Below, piece after piece: positions 1-8,645 of a stretch of DNA of 57,461 nucleotides (the stretch's first letter is position 1; the number at the start of each line of letters is the position of its first letter). The notes below the pieces were generated by a model. The model saw only the letters and a list, made by a program, of their open reading frames with translations. It was not told the origin of the DNA and made no database searches. The position numbers were made by a program, and so were the translations under genes. The stretch comes from a bacterium (lineage in GTDB: Bacteria; Patescibacteriota; Minisyncoccia; Phycocordibacterales; Zambryskibacteraceae). The DNA lies in assembly GCA_023266935.1 (NCBI GenBank), contig JAHFOF010000003.1:1-57461 (forward strand), in the 5' to 3' direction.

Positions 1-145
1 TTCTCAACTAACTACACTATTAAAACTTCTCCACCCTTTTATGCCTTTTGTCACAGAAGAAATATGGCAACTGATGAATAAAGAAAGTTTGCTCATGATT
101 GAACCTTGGCCCTTCGACCTTGCTCAGGATAAACCAAATGATTAA
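1..145 (+). CDS. valS: 3' end of valyl-tRNA synthetase-like gene (5' part outside window)
   Basis: Frame 2 reads ...TTLLKLLHPFMPFVTEEIWQLMNKESLLMIEPWPFDLAQDKPND*, with stop TAA at 143-145. LHPFMPFxTEExW is the conserved class-I aaRS motif in the form I associate with ValRS. It is absent from the ORF track because it has no start codon in the window. Confidence 0.6.
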   Translation, partial: SQLTTLLKLLHPFMPFVTEEIWQLMNKESLLMIEPWPFDLAQDKPND

Positions 146-833
146 CTACGATACAATTTTCTTTGCTTTACTTGGAGGAATTCTCCCAGCCATTATCTGG
201 CTTTTGTTTTGGCTTGAAGAAGATATAAATCACCCAGAATCACCATTCGCTATTACCAAAACATTTGTCGCTGGGATGTGTGTGGTAATCCTCGTTCTAC
301 CCCTACAAAGATTGGTGAATAAAACCTTCCCAGGCATGAGCCCTACAGCCTTTGCTCTCTGGGCTTTAATTGAAGAGGGTTTTAAATTCGCCGCAGCATA
401 TTTTATTGTTATTCGCACCAGAGAAGATGATGAACCGATAGACACGATGATTTATATGATTACTGTAGCTCTTGGATTTTCTGCCTTAGAAAATGCCCTC
501 TTTATCTTCAACCCTCTATTTGTAAAAAATTCTTTAGAAGCATTATCCACAGGTAGTTTTAGATTCATCGGAGCGTCACTTTTGCACGTTATTTCCAGCG
601 CTACGATAGGAATTGCCATGGCTCTTTCTTTCTATAAGAAAACTTCGATTAGAGTGTTCTGGGGAACTTTGGCCTTCGTTTTAGCTGTTGTTATTCACAC
701 CTTTTTCAATATATATATGTATCAAAATGTAAATTCTAGCACTTTTAAAACTTTCGCTTCTGTTTGGATAGGTGTGGCTCTACTCCTTCTCTTTTTTGAG
801 AAAGTTAAGGCGTTGCGCGCTCCTATAAAGTAG
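138..833 (+). CDS. PrsW-family intramembrane protease-like membrane protein
   Basis: The ORF track gives 99-833. I prefer the ATG at 138 (MINYDTIFFALLGGILPAIIWLLFW...), which overlaps the valS stop. It is a polytopic membrane protein with EEGFKF and HVISS/HTFFN motifs as in PrsW proteases. Confidence 0.65.
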   Translation: MINYDTIFFALLGGILPAIIWLLFWLEEDINHPESPFAITKTFVAGMCVVILVLPLQRLVNKTFPGMSPTAFALWALIEEGFKFAAAYFIVIRTREDDEPIDTMIYMITVALGFSALENALFIFNPLFVKNSLEALSTGSFRFIGASLLHVISSATIGIAMALSFYKKTSIRVFWGTLAFVLAVVIHTFFNIYMYQNVNSSTFKTFASVWIGVALLLLFFEKVKALRAPIK

Positions 834-842
834 AGATATAAT
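813..842 (+). promoter_or_regulatory. putative sigma70-type promoter of the Hsp20 gene (near-leaderless)
   Basis: TTGCGC (813-818), an 18-nt spacer, then TATAAT (837-842). The ATG at 849 lies only 6 nt after the -10, with no Shine-Dalgarno in between. Confidence 0.4.
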
Positions 843-848
843 ATAAGT

Positions 849-1295
849 ATGCCAAAACGATCTTTTTTTGAACGGTTAACAGGTGCGGTAAAGCTTGATG
901 ATGATTTTAGTGAAGACGAAAAACCAACTAAGTTGGTTTCTAGTAATTCAATTTTTGATGAAGAAGAAGAGGGACAACTCTCTGTAGATGTTTACCAAAC
1001 ACCAAGTGAGATTGTCATTAAAACTATGGTCGCTGGAGTAAAACCAGAGGATTTAGATGTGGCTATCACCAGAGATTCTGTCACTATCCGTGGTAAACGC
1101 GAAGAAGATCGAACTCTATCAGGAGAAGATTATTTTCACCGAGAATTATACTGGGGGTCTTTCTCTCGAACTATTGTCCTCCCAGAAGAAATAGATGTGG
1201 ATGAAGCCGAAGCCCTCGAAAAGCACGGTATGCTTATCCTCCGCTTACCAAAGGTTGATAAACACCGTCAAGCCAAGCTAAAGGTTAAGGGTTAA
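849..1295 (+). CDS. Hsp20/alpha-crystallin family small heat-shock protein
   Basis: 148 aa with the alpha-crystallin domain pattern LSVDVYQTPSEIVIKTMVAGVKPEDLDVAI..SVTIRGKREE..GSFSRTIVLPEEIDVDEAEA..KHGMLILRLPK. Confidence 0.9.
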   Translation: MPKRSFFERLTGAVKLDDDFSEDEKPTKLVSSNSIFDEEEEGQLSVDVYQTPSEIVIKTMVAGVKPEDLDVAITRDSVTIRGKREEDRTLSGEDYFHRELYWGSFSRTIVLPEEIDVDEAEALEKHGMLILRLPKVDKHRQAKLKVKG

Positions 1296-1299
1296 TAAT

Positions 1300-1374
1300 T
1301 GGTGCTCTCAGCAGGAATCGAACCTACATCTCGTCCTTAGGACGGACTTGCTCTATCCATTGAGCTATGAGAGC
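1300..1374 (-). tRNA. tRNA-Arg (anticodon CCU), CCA encoded
   Basis: The reverse complement GCTCTCA-TA-GCTCAATGGATAGAGC-A-AGTCC-GTCCTAA-GGACG-AGAT-GTAGGTTCGATTCCTGC-TGAGAGC-ACCA folds as a cloverleaf. The anticodon loop gUCCUaa gives CCU. The layout is close to E. coli argW. Confidence 0.85.
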
Positions 1375-1419
1375 TTGGCCTATCGACAGATAAGCATTAC
1401 CACGAATATATCACACAAT

Positions 1420-1447
1420 TTGAAAAACAGGAGTATTTTGGTATACT
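1420..1447 (+). promoter_or_regulatory. putative promoter of tRNA-Phe
   Basis: TTGAAA (1420-1425), a 16-nt spacer ending in tgg (extended -10), then TATACT (1442-1447). The tRNA 5' end is at 1461. Confidence 0.5.
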
Positions 1448-1460
1448 TGCAGAGCTTATT

Positions 1461-1536
1461 GTCGAGATAGCTCAGTTGGTAGAGCATTCGCCTGAAGAGC
1501 GAAGGGTCGGCGGTTCGAACCCGCCTCTCGACACCA
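1461..1536 (+). tRNA. tRNA-Phe (anticodon GAA), CCA encoded
   Basis: GTCGAGA-TA-GCTCAGTTGGTAGAGC-A-TTCGC-CTGAAGA-GCGAA-GGGTC-GGCGGTTCGAACCCGCC-TCTCGAC-ACCA is a canonical cloverleaf with anticodon GAA. Confidence 0.95.
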
Positions 1537-1538
1537 AA

Positions 1539-1772
1539 TTAGATACCCAAAAGATTAGAAAGTCTGTCTTGGTCGAAGCCAACGACTACGTTTCCATCCA
1601 CTACAATGACTGGCACACCCATTTGGCCACTTTTATTGACTGCTTCTTTGCGCTTCTCTAAATCTGAACCGACATTATAGTCTGTAAATGGTACGTTGTG
1701 AGCTTTAAAAAAATCCTTCGCGAGATGACAAAAGTGACAAGTGGAAGTCGAATATATTTCTACTTTATGCAT
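1539..1772 (-). CDS. glutaredoxin-like (NrdH/YruB-type) small redox protein
   Basis: 77 aa. MHKVEIYSTSTCHFCHLAKDFF.. carries a CxxC motif and ..GVPVIVVDGNVVVGFD.. is a typical glutaredoxin fold signature. Confidence 0.8.
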   Translation of the reverse strand: MHKVEIYSTSTCHFCHLAKDFFKAHNVPFTDYNVGSDLEKRKEAVNKSGQMGVPVIVVDGNVVVGFDQDRLSNLLGI

Positions 1773-1805
1773 TGAATATTATTAAAAATTGTAAGTTAAA
1801 ACATC

Positions 1806-2189
1806 TTACCACAAGTCCAAGAATCCGCGCCAGAGTTTTTGGAGCCAATTTAGCTCCACTTGCGAAGTAGAAGTTGATTTATCATCTCTGTCCAGTATAA
1901 CTGCGACTTTCTCCCCTTCTTTCGAAACACTAAACTTTTCTTTGATTAAAGTATCAATCCCCTCATCTGTGCCTAAACGAGCGATTTGGACCTTTAATTC
2001 GGATTCCCTGGCCGAAAGAAGGGTGATTTTGGCTTTTAAATTATCTACATAGCGTTGACTTTCTCTATCCTTAACTACCACACCATATGCCCCTCGAATA
2101 GCAAAAATAGTGATAACTAAAAGAGCAATCAGAGCTGGGGTCGAGTAGAGTTTGCGTTTAAGTTTCTGTTTTTGTTGGAGTTCCTTCAT
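1806..2189 (-). CDS. septum formation initiator (FtsB/DivIC)-like protein
   Basis: 127 aa: a basic N terminus, one TM helix (STPALIALLVITIFAI), a coiled-coil (VDNLKAKITLLSARESELKVQIARL), then ..IEKLIKEKF..EGEKV-like tail. Confidence 0.55.
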   Translation of the reverse strand: MKELQQKQKLKRKLYSTPALIALLVITIFAIRGAYGVVVKDRESQRYVDNLKAKITLLSARESELKVQIARLGTDEGIDTLIKEKFSVSKEGEKVAVILDRDDKSTSTSQVELNWLQKLWRGFLDLW

Positions 2190-2326
2190 CGTTTCCCATA
2201 TGTTATCATATTCAAATAATGTTTGATAAGAAGCACAAAAAAACCCTTCAGGGCATCATGGTCGTCGTGGCTGTTTTAATGATCATTAGCATGATACTTC
2301 TGTACATGCCGAATTTTCGTTAGGTC

Positions 2327-4096
2327 TTAATCGCTCCGCATCATTTTGAGGAAGACGTCATGAGGAATGTTCACTTTGCCCATGGACTTCATTTTCTTTT
2401 TACCCTTTTTCTGTTTTTCTCGAAGCTTCATTTTACGAGTGATGTCTCCCCCGTACATATGTTGAGTCACATCCTTTTTCATCGCTGAAAGGGTACGACT
2501 AGAAATAATTCTACCCAAACCTTTGGCTTGAATCTTTGTGGTGAACATCTGTCGAGGCAAAACTCCAAACAGTTTTTCTACAGTGGTCTCTGCTTCTGTT
2601 TCTACCAACCGACGCGAGACAATGCGTGAGAATGCAGGAACGATTTCATCTGCGACGAGCACATCGAGTTTAACCACATCAGCCTTTTTCATTTCTCCAA
2701 GTTCATAAGAGATAGAAGCGAATCCCGAAGTCACACTTTTTAACTTATCAAAAAATCCTCGCATTAATTCTCGCAGAGGCATCCGCACAGTCATCGAATT
2801 CCTCGAATCACCAAACGTTTCTGAATCCCCCACTTCGGCTTCATGCTCATATAAAATTTGAACAACCTGACCAACATACTGCATCGGAGTGATAATTGTT
2901 GCTGTCACCCACGGTTCAGAAACGGATTGAATCTGTCCATCATCTGGGAAAAAACTTGGAGAATAAATCATCACCTTCTTGTCATTTTTTAAAGTTACTT
3001 CATAAGTGATAGATGGGAGCGTCACTATAAGTTCAAGGTTAAACTCTCGACGTAGTCGTTCAGTAATGATTTCAAGATGAAGCATGCCGAGGAATCCACA
3101 CCTGAATCCCCGACCAAGTGCTCCTGACGATTCTTCTTCAAAGGTAAATGAAGAGTCAGAAAGCTTTAGGCGAAGAAGAGATTGTTTGAGAAGAGTGAAG
3201 TCGTCTTGGGATTCAGGATAAATAGATGCCCAAACTACTGGTCGTGGGGCCATATAACCCTCGAGAGGTGGCTGATTATCATCAGCGAACGCGATGGTGT
3301 CTCCCACGGAGGCGATACCCGGCTGTTTAATACCAGTCACAATATATCCTATCTCTCCAGCACTAAGTGATTCAGCCAGTGTCTCAAATGGAGAAAATGT
3401 CCCTACTTCGAGAGCTTTGAATTTGCCTCCAGCTACTTTGAACTTTAAATCTTTGAGTCGGGTCACCATACCACTCATCACTCGCACGAACACGATTACT
3501 CCGGTGTGATTCGAATATTTAAAATCAAAGATTAAGGCATCGAATCCAGAACTTAATTCTTTTGGTGGAGGAATTTTTTTAATGATAGTGTCTAAAAGAT
3601 TTGCTACTCCTTCTCCCGTTTTACCAGAGGTTTGGATAATATCTTCTTCTTTACATCCTAAAAGAGTGATAATTTCTTTTATCACTTCATCTTTCCTCGC
3701 AAGTGGCGAATCAATCTTTGAGAGGACTGGAATGATCACGAGTCCAGCATCCTTGGCCATACCAAGTGTTGTGAGCGTTTGGGCTTGTACTCCTTGAGTA
3801 GAATCAACGAGAAGAATCGACCCCTCGACTGCTCGCAGAGCCCTAGAGACTTCGTATGAGAAGTCGATGTGTCCCGGGGTGTCGATGAGGTTTAAAACAT
3901 AATCTTTATACTTCATCCTCACGGGTTGCATCTTTATCGTGATTCCCCTCTCTCGTTCAAGCTCCATAGAATCGAGCACTTGGGCCATCATTTTGCGTTT
4001 CTCTATGGTGCCCGTTAGTTCGAGCATTCTGTCTGCCAACGTAGATTTGCCATGGTCGATGTGGGCGATGATTGAAAAGTTTCTAATATGATCCAT
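2327..4096 (-). CDS. lepA: translation elongation factor 4 (LepA)
   Basis: 589 aa. The N terminus IRNFSIIAHIDHGKSTLADRMLELTG is followed by DTPGH, NKID-like SKID and the LepA C-terminal region. Confidence 0.95.
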   Translation of the reverse strand: MDHIRNFSIIAHIDHGKSTLADRMLELTGTIEKRKMMAQVLDSMELERERGITIKMQPVRMKYKDYVLNLIDTPGHIDFSYEVSRALRAVEGSILLVDSTQGVQAQTLTTLGMAKDAGLVIIPVLSKIDSPLARKDEVIKEIITLLGCKEEDIIQTSGKTGEGVANLLDTIIKKIPPPKELSSGFDALIFDFKYSNHTGVIVFVRVMSGMVTRLKDLKFKVAGGKFKALEVGTFSPFETLAESLSAGEIGYIVTGIKQPGIASVGDTIAFADDNQPPLEGYMAPRPVVWASIYPESQDDFTLLKQSLLRLKLSDSSFTFEEESSGALGRGFRCGFLGMLHLEIITERLRREFNLELIVTLPSITYEVTLKNDKKVMIYSPSFFPDDGQIQSVSEPWVTATIITPMQYVGQVVQILYEHEAEVGDSETFGDSRNSMTVRMPLRELMRGFFDKLKSVTSGFASISYELGEMKKADVVKLDVLVADEIVPAFSRIVSRRLVETEAETTVEKLFGVLPRQMFTTKIQAKGLGRIISSRTLSAMKKDVTQHMYGGDITRKMKLREKQKKGKKKMKSMGKVNIPHDVFLKMMRSD

Positions 4097-4105
4097 TGGA
4101 GGTTG

Positions 4106-4134
4106 ATTGTAAATTGAAAATTAGAAATTGTAAA
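4106..4134 (-). promoter_or_regulatory. putative lepA promoter (near-leaderless)
   Basis: On the minus strand: TTTACA (4134-4129), a 17-nt spacer, then TACAAT (4111-4106). The ATG at 4096 is 9 nt after the -10 and has no SD (the gap reads caacctcca). Confidence 0.45.
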
Positions 4135-5811
4135 TCAAACGATTTCTGGGTCTGTGGCAATGATTTTTGTTTTCCAAAATTTGCTGTGGATAGCAGCGGC
4201 GGCTTCTTCTAATTCCTTGCTCTTTAATAGAAGAAGCACGACTATCCCAGCGACAATACCTAATATTCCCGCAAAGAAACCTTGCAAGAAAATTCCAATG
4301 AGAGAATCCGTGTGGAAAAGTGGAGCAAATAAATTTAATCCTAGATAAGAGACATACCCGAGGATAACCGATGCTCCGATAGATTGAAAGAGGGTTCGAC
4401 TCACCTCCTTAGAAAACCCTCCAAAGTCCTTTTCAAATCCAATCCAATGAATCACTCCGTTAATAATGGTGCCGATTGAATATCCGAGTGGGAGCATTAA
4501 AACAGCTGTGCCAGGCAAATCTTCAACCTTTAGAAGTGCACTGATGAAGTATCTAAAGGTATCCGAATAATAAAAGTATTTGACCAAACCATAAGTACAA
4601 AGAATCAAAATTCCTGTAGAAAGAAGATTAATGAGAAATGGTTTTTTAGTATGCCCAGCAGAATAAAACGCTCGCACAAAAAGAAGCATCAAACTTTGAA
4701 AGACAGCAGAGAGGGCAAAGAGAGCAAGGGCAGCTGCGGTCAATCGTGTATCGCTCCAGTCGAAGTGGCCTGTGCCGAGCAACACTCGAACAACTTGGGC
4801 TCGAAGAACAATAAACAAAGCGGTCAGAGGTATGGACCAAAAAATTATATGCCGAGCGGTTGTAACCATTTGTTCTACAAACGCTTTCATATTATTGTCT
4901 GCAAAGTGCCTGGACAGTGTTGGGAAAGCCGCGAGAGAATAACTTACTCCGATTATAGTCAGAGGAATGGATTGAATATTAAGGGCGAAAGAAAAAACAG
5001 AGATAGAACCAACTGCCATAAGTGAAGCGAGGGAAACCAGAAAGATGGTGGCAATGTGGTTAATGGACAACGTGAGTGTGCGTGGAAATGATAAAGTAGC
5101 CACTTTCTTTATAGAACCCCAATCAAACTTTGAGCGAAATCGTGGGAAAAGTCCTATCCTCAAAACAAACGGTATCTGCACCAAGGCGTGCATAAGAGAA
5201 CCGATGATCACTCCAATAGCTACTCCCATTATGCCGTATTGAGGAGCCAAGAAAATCGTTCCCAAAATGATGCCTAGGTTGTAAAGAAGTGGAGCGAAGG
5301 CATAGATGGTGAAGCGATTATACGCTTGGGTCAAAGAACCAAAGAGATTTGAGAAACCAAGGAAGATTGGCGATAAGAGAAAAATTCTCGAAAGCAAAAT
5401 AACTTTAGTTAACTCCGCCCCACTAAATCCCTTAAACAAAATCCCAGAAAACTCTGGAATAAGAAAGAAAGCTAAACCACAAGAAACAATGATGAGGAAA
5501 GAAAAGAAAGTGAAGATGTTGTCCACGAATGCTCTGACCGCTTCGTGACCTTCTCTTTCTTTCTCTACAATAAACGGCACGATGACTGAGATGGATACCA
5601 CTGAAGCAATAGTCACAAACAAAAAGTCTGGAATGCGAAAAGCCGCATAGTAAGTATCTAAGGCAGAACTCGCTCCGAAAACATGCGCCAACAACCTGTC
5701 TCTAAGAAACGCGAGGACTTGAGAGAGAATAGCGAAAAATCCAAGCAGATACGCTGCCTTGTGGAGCGTAGAAGTCTCCTTGTAAAAGAATTCGAATATT
5801 CTCCTGACCAT
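4135..5811 (-). CDS. murJ: lipid II flippase MurJ/MviN
   Basis: 558 aa polytopic membrane protein. The N-terminal AAYLLGFFAILSQVLAFLRDRLLAHVFGAS..LDTYYAAFRIPDFLF is typical of MurJ. The gene ends in a TGA stop. Confidence 0.85.
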   Translation of the reverse strand: MVRRIFEFFYKETSTLHKAAYLLGFFAILSQVLAFLRDRLLAHVFGASSALDTYYAAFRIPDFLFVTIASVVSISVIVPFIVEKEREGHEAVRAFVDNIFTFFSFLIIVSCGLAFFLIPEFSGILFKGFSGAELTKVILLSRIFLLSPIFLGFSNLFGSLTQAYNRFTIYAFAPLLYNLGIILGTIFLAPQYGIMGVAIGVIIGSLMHALVQIPFVLRIGLFPRFRSKFDWGSIKKVATLSFPRTLTLSINHIATIFLVSLASLMAVGSISVFSFALNIQSIPLTIIGVSYSLAAFPTLSRHFADNNMKAFVEQMVTTARHIIFWSIPLTALFIVLRAQVVRVLLGTGHFDWSDTRLTAAALALFALSAVFQSLMLLFVRAFYSAGHTKKPFLINLLSTGILILCTYGLVKYFYYSDTFRYFISALLKVEDLPGTAVLMLPLGYSIGTIINGVIHWIGFEKDFGGFSKEVSRTLFQSIGASVILGYVSYLGLNLFAPLFHTDSLIGIFLQGFFAGILGIVAGIVVLLLLKSKELEEAAAAIHSKFWKTKIIATDPEIV

Positions 5812-5815
5812 TTAG

Positions 5816-8155
5816 TTATGGCTGACTAGTAATCGGAGGTGTTGGTCGGCTTTCTGGATTTTTTGAACCAGCTGGTGATTTATAGAATGGATCCTTGTTG
5901 TTTTGGAGATTGGCGAGGATGTTTTGAACCTCAACATTGTCTGGATTGCTTTTCGCCAAACTTTCGAATTGAACTATAGCTTCTGCATGTTTGCCTAAAT
6001 ATTCGTCTGATAAACCGAGGAAGTATTGAGCATTCGCATAATTTGGAACGATTGTGACTGCTTTGTTTAGAGCTTCAGCTGCTCCAGCAAAATCCTTCTT
6101 CGAATATTTGAGTAGACCGAGTTCAAAGAAGATTCCAGCATTATCAGGAGAAAGGATGGCTCCAGCTTCTGCAGCTGCTATCGCTTTGTCTACATTGTTT
6201 GCTCCTGCTTCGAGTTGAGTCAGAAGGAAATAAGCATCAGCATAATCTTGCTTTTTCACTAAAGCTTGTTCGATGAGAGTTCGGGCACCATCGACGTTCC
6301 CATGATCGAATTCAAGTCGAGCAGTCAGAAGAAGTGGTTCTGGGGATTCAGGATTTCTCTTTAGAGCTTCGGCATACGCATTTTTCGACGCTTCATATGC
6401 TCCATTCACCTTGAGAGGCGCTGGGACAAGTGAACCATACAGAGAGCCCAAAGTTATCCAGTTCTGATATATTCCTGGAGCAACATTTGTAGCTGTTTGA
6501 GCTGCCGCGATGCTGTTCGAAATAGCTGTCTGGAAAGTTTGTCTATTCGTCTCTGGAGCACCTGCGGTGGCTTGAGCTACAGCTTGAGCACGAGCAAAGT
6601 TGAGTTGATAAAGAGCATTGTAGTAAGTATCTGCTTGGGATAGATTAATGGCCTTGGTCAATTCAGCTTCGATAGTTTCCACAGAGGTGTTAGGCACCCT
6701 TGATGAAGTGAGGGCTTTCTCAAAATGAACTACTGAGAAAGTTTTTTGATAAGAAACGAATCCGAGAGCAACTGCCCCGATGACCAAGACTATTGCCACA
6801 AAGACCGAGGCGAAGTTCGTCACTACCCTTTCAGCAAACATCCAAGTTTTTGTAGGCACAACTCCGGAAACCTTTACTGCACTGAGGAAAAGACCCGAAA
6901 GGATGAAAGCCAAGAAAAGAATAGTGATGCTTGGAACATAGAAGAAACAAATAACCCAAAGGAACAAGGCTCCAACAAATGAAGAAACGAGAGCAAACCT
7001 GGTAGCTTTGTCTTCTGGAGTACGGACCAAAACTTTCCATCCCAAAATCAAGAAGTAGACGAAGAAGAAAATCCAAGCGAGTGTACCGAGAATTCCCGTC
7101 TCAGCGATTTGAGTTGGGATAAATCCTGCTCCAAATTGAAAAGATGTGTTCCAGAAAGGAGTGGAGTTAATGGATATTGGTTTGTAGAGGAACCAATCTC
7201 GAGCAAAAGTGTTTGGGCCAGAACCAAGAAGTGCTTGTTTAGAATTCACGATGGTGGCTTTCGCTACACCAAGGGTAGTAGACAATGAAGGACGGATATC
7301 TGTGTTTTGAACTCCGAAAGCACTAGAAACTACATTACCGAGACTACCTTGAGTTGAAGAAATAACTGGGTTGATAGTGAAGAGAAGGGCCACTACGAAG
7401 AGAGCGATTGCTGGCCAAATATTTTTCTTTTGTTCCTTTTCTACAGTCATCAAGTAAACCAAAACAACGAGAGAAAGAACGAGGAGAACTATCCAAGCGG
7501 TAGAGAAATTTATAATGGCCATCAGAACAACCGAGAGGATGAACACCACACTCAAGAAAATTCGTCTCATTTTGGAGAGGTCGAGCATGGTTAGAGCAAG
7601 TAGAGAGAGAGTGGAGAATAAACCGAAGGCCACAGCATAATCTGTCCAGGCACCAATCGGATTACCCATATTTCCTCCGAAAACATTCATCACTAATACA
7701 TTGCCACCAGAAACAATCTTGATAACTGCGAAGAGAGTGAGAATAGAGAAGGAAATGAGGAGAGCTCCATAGACCTTGAAGATCCTAGAAAGATCGGTCA
7801 CCACAACAGCAGTGAGACCAAAAAGAATAGAAGCGAAGAGTATAAATCCAAAAGTTCCTACTTCGAAGCTATAGCCGAAAAGTGAGAAAGAGGATGAAGC
7901 ACCGACCACAGAAGACAAGAAATAAACTACTGGCAAAAGAATCGTTCCCCAAAGAATTGGATGCGATGGGAAAGAAAACTTCCCTGCTCGTAGAGTATCA
8001 ACAAGAAAAGCAAGAAAAGCGACAATCGTCCCAAGGGTAAGCAAAGCAGACTTGGCTACACCGACCGGAAGAAGGACACTCGGAATAAAGAAAAGTGGTA
8101 ATAAAAGAACAAGGACGAGCAGTGAATTTAAGCTGATTTTATACTGTGGATTCAT
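5816..8155 (-). CDS. polytopic membrane protein (divergent O-antigen ligase/Wzy_C-like) with C-terminal TPR repeats
   Basis: 779 aa. About 10 or more TM helices and an IPTQIAETGILGTLAWIFFF segment resemble the Wzy_C core. The C-terminal ~300 aa carry TPR-like AxxYFxLG repeats. It is a paralogue in architecture of 36609-38783. Confidence 0.5.
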   Translation of the reverse strand: MNPQYKISLNSLLVLVLLLPLFFIPSVLLPVGVAKSALLTLGTIVAFLAFLVDTLRAGKFSFPSHPILWGTILLPVVYFLSSVVGASSSFSLFGYSFEVGTFGFILFASILFGLTAVVVTDLSRIFKVYGALLISFSILTLFAVIKIVSGGNVLVMNVFGGNMGNPIGAWTDYAVAFGLFSTLSLLALTMLDLSKMRRIFLSVVFILSVVLMAIINFSTAWIVLLVLSLVVLVYLMTVEKEQKKNIWPAIALFVVALLFTINPVISSTQGSLGNVVSSAFGVQNTDIRPSLSTTLGVAKATIVNSKQALLGSGPNTFARDWFLYKPISINSTPFWNTSFQFGAGFIPTQIAETGILGTLAWIFFFVYFLILGWKVLVRTPEDKATRFALVSSFVGALFLWVICFFYVPSITILFLAFILSGLFLSAVKVSGVVPTKTWMFAERVVTNFASVFVAIVLVIGAVALGFVSYQKTFSVVHFEKALTSSRVPNTSVETIEAELTKAINLSQADTYYNALYQLNFARAQAVAQATAGAPETNRQTFQTAISNSIAAAQTATNVAPGIYQNWITLGSLYGSLVPAPLKVNGAYEASKNAYAEALKRNPESPEPLLLTARLEFDHGNVDGARTLIEQALVKKQDYADAYFLLTQLEAGANNVDKAIAAAEAGAILSPDNAGIFFELGLLKYSKKDFAGAAEALNKAVTIVPNYANAQYFLGLSDEYLGKHAEAIVQFESLAKSNPDNVEVQNILANLQNNKDPFYKSPAGSKNPESRPTPPITSQP

Positions 8156-8259
8156 AATTTATAAACACTAATATTAATACCCTAATTTTATCAAAAAAGG
8201 GCTAGCTTTCCAAGTGTTTTGGGGATTATGGGCTAATAAAACTAAGATATAAAAGAAGT

Positions 8260-8288
8260 TTGATTGGAAGTAAAATTGGTGGTATAAT
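8260..8288 (+). promoter_or_regulatory. putative promoter of RNase P RNA
   Basis: TTGATT (8260-8265), a 17-nt spacer ending in tgg, then TATAAT (8283-8288). The predicted start at ~8295 coincides with the P1 helix 5' strand GGTGTC. Confidence 0.55.
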
Positions 8289-8290
8289 CA

Positions 8291-8615
8291 GAGTGGTGTC
8301 GGGTAATCGCTCGGTCCCATTTCGGTGGGATTTGAGAGGAAAGTCCGAACATTCAATTCTCTGGGTTAGCATATGCGCCTAGAGAATAAGAGTAGCAGGT
8401 AACACCTGTCGAGGGTAACCTTAGAGATGCGAACAGAGACGAGTCCCGCTTCGGCGGGGGTGCAACGGCAAAACTCTTACTCGAATGCAAGGCCGTGCCC
8501 CAAGAGAAATCAAAGGGAGTGCCGCTATAGGTTCGTGGTGACACGAATCACAGATAAATGATTATCGTCCCGAGCACAAGCGAGGGATACAGAATTCGGC
8601 TTATAGACACCCAAA
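8291..8615 (+). ncRNA. rnpB: RNase P RNA (bacterial type)
   Basis: The universally conserved GAGGAAAGTCCG (8336-8347) and ACAGAATTCGGCTTAT (8589-8604) P4 strands are present. P1 pairs GGTGTC (8295-8300) with GACACC (8606-8611). A promoter lies upstream and a terminator downstream. Confidence 0.85.
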
Positions 8616-8645
8616 GCCCCCACAGTTAAATGCGGGGGTTTTGTT
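8616..8645. terminator. GC-rich hairpin terminator after rnpB (possibly bidirectional)
   Basis: GCCCCCAC-AGTTAAAT-GCGGGGG is followed by TTTTGTT on the plus strand. On the minus strand it sits directly after the stop of CDS 8644-9060 but with a weaker U-run. Confidence 0.55.

Noticed and set aside
543-551. Consensus DnaA-box 9-mers inside coding sequence (543-551 in the PrsW-like gene, 40006-40014 in the GME-like gene) as functional sites.
   Set aside because: Individually they are explained by the codons (L-S-T and S-V-D-K) and have no AT-rich or repeat context. I use them only as part of the enrichment argument in the origin-neighbourhood finding.
1476-1661. A 61-aa plus-strand ORF (MVEHSPEERRVGGSNPPLD...).
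   Set aside because: It starts inside tRNA-Phe and runs antisense through the glutaredoxin-like gene. It is a typical tRNA read-through artefact.
2219-2323. A 34-codon plus-strand ORF MFDKKHKKTLQGIMVVVAVLMIISMILLYMPNFR (a small TM peptide) in the lepA / FtsB-like gap.
   Set aside because: The hydrophobic helix is attractive, but there is no SD, the orientation opposes all neighbours, and its Lys codons (AAAAAAA) are the complement of the U-run of a weak lepA terminator-like element (CCCT-GA-AGGG + T7 on the minus strand). It cannot be fully excluded without expression data.
8353-8544. A 63-aa minus-strand ORF.
   Set aside because: It lies entirely inside the RNase P RNA gene, whose conserved P4 strands, P1 helix, promoter and terminator explain the region.
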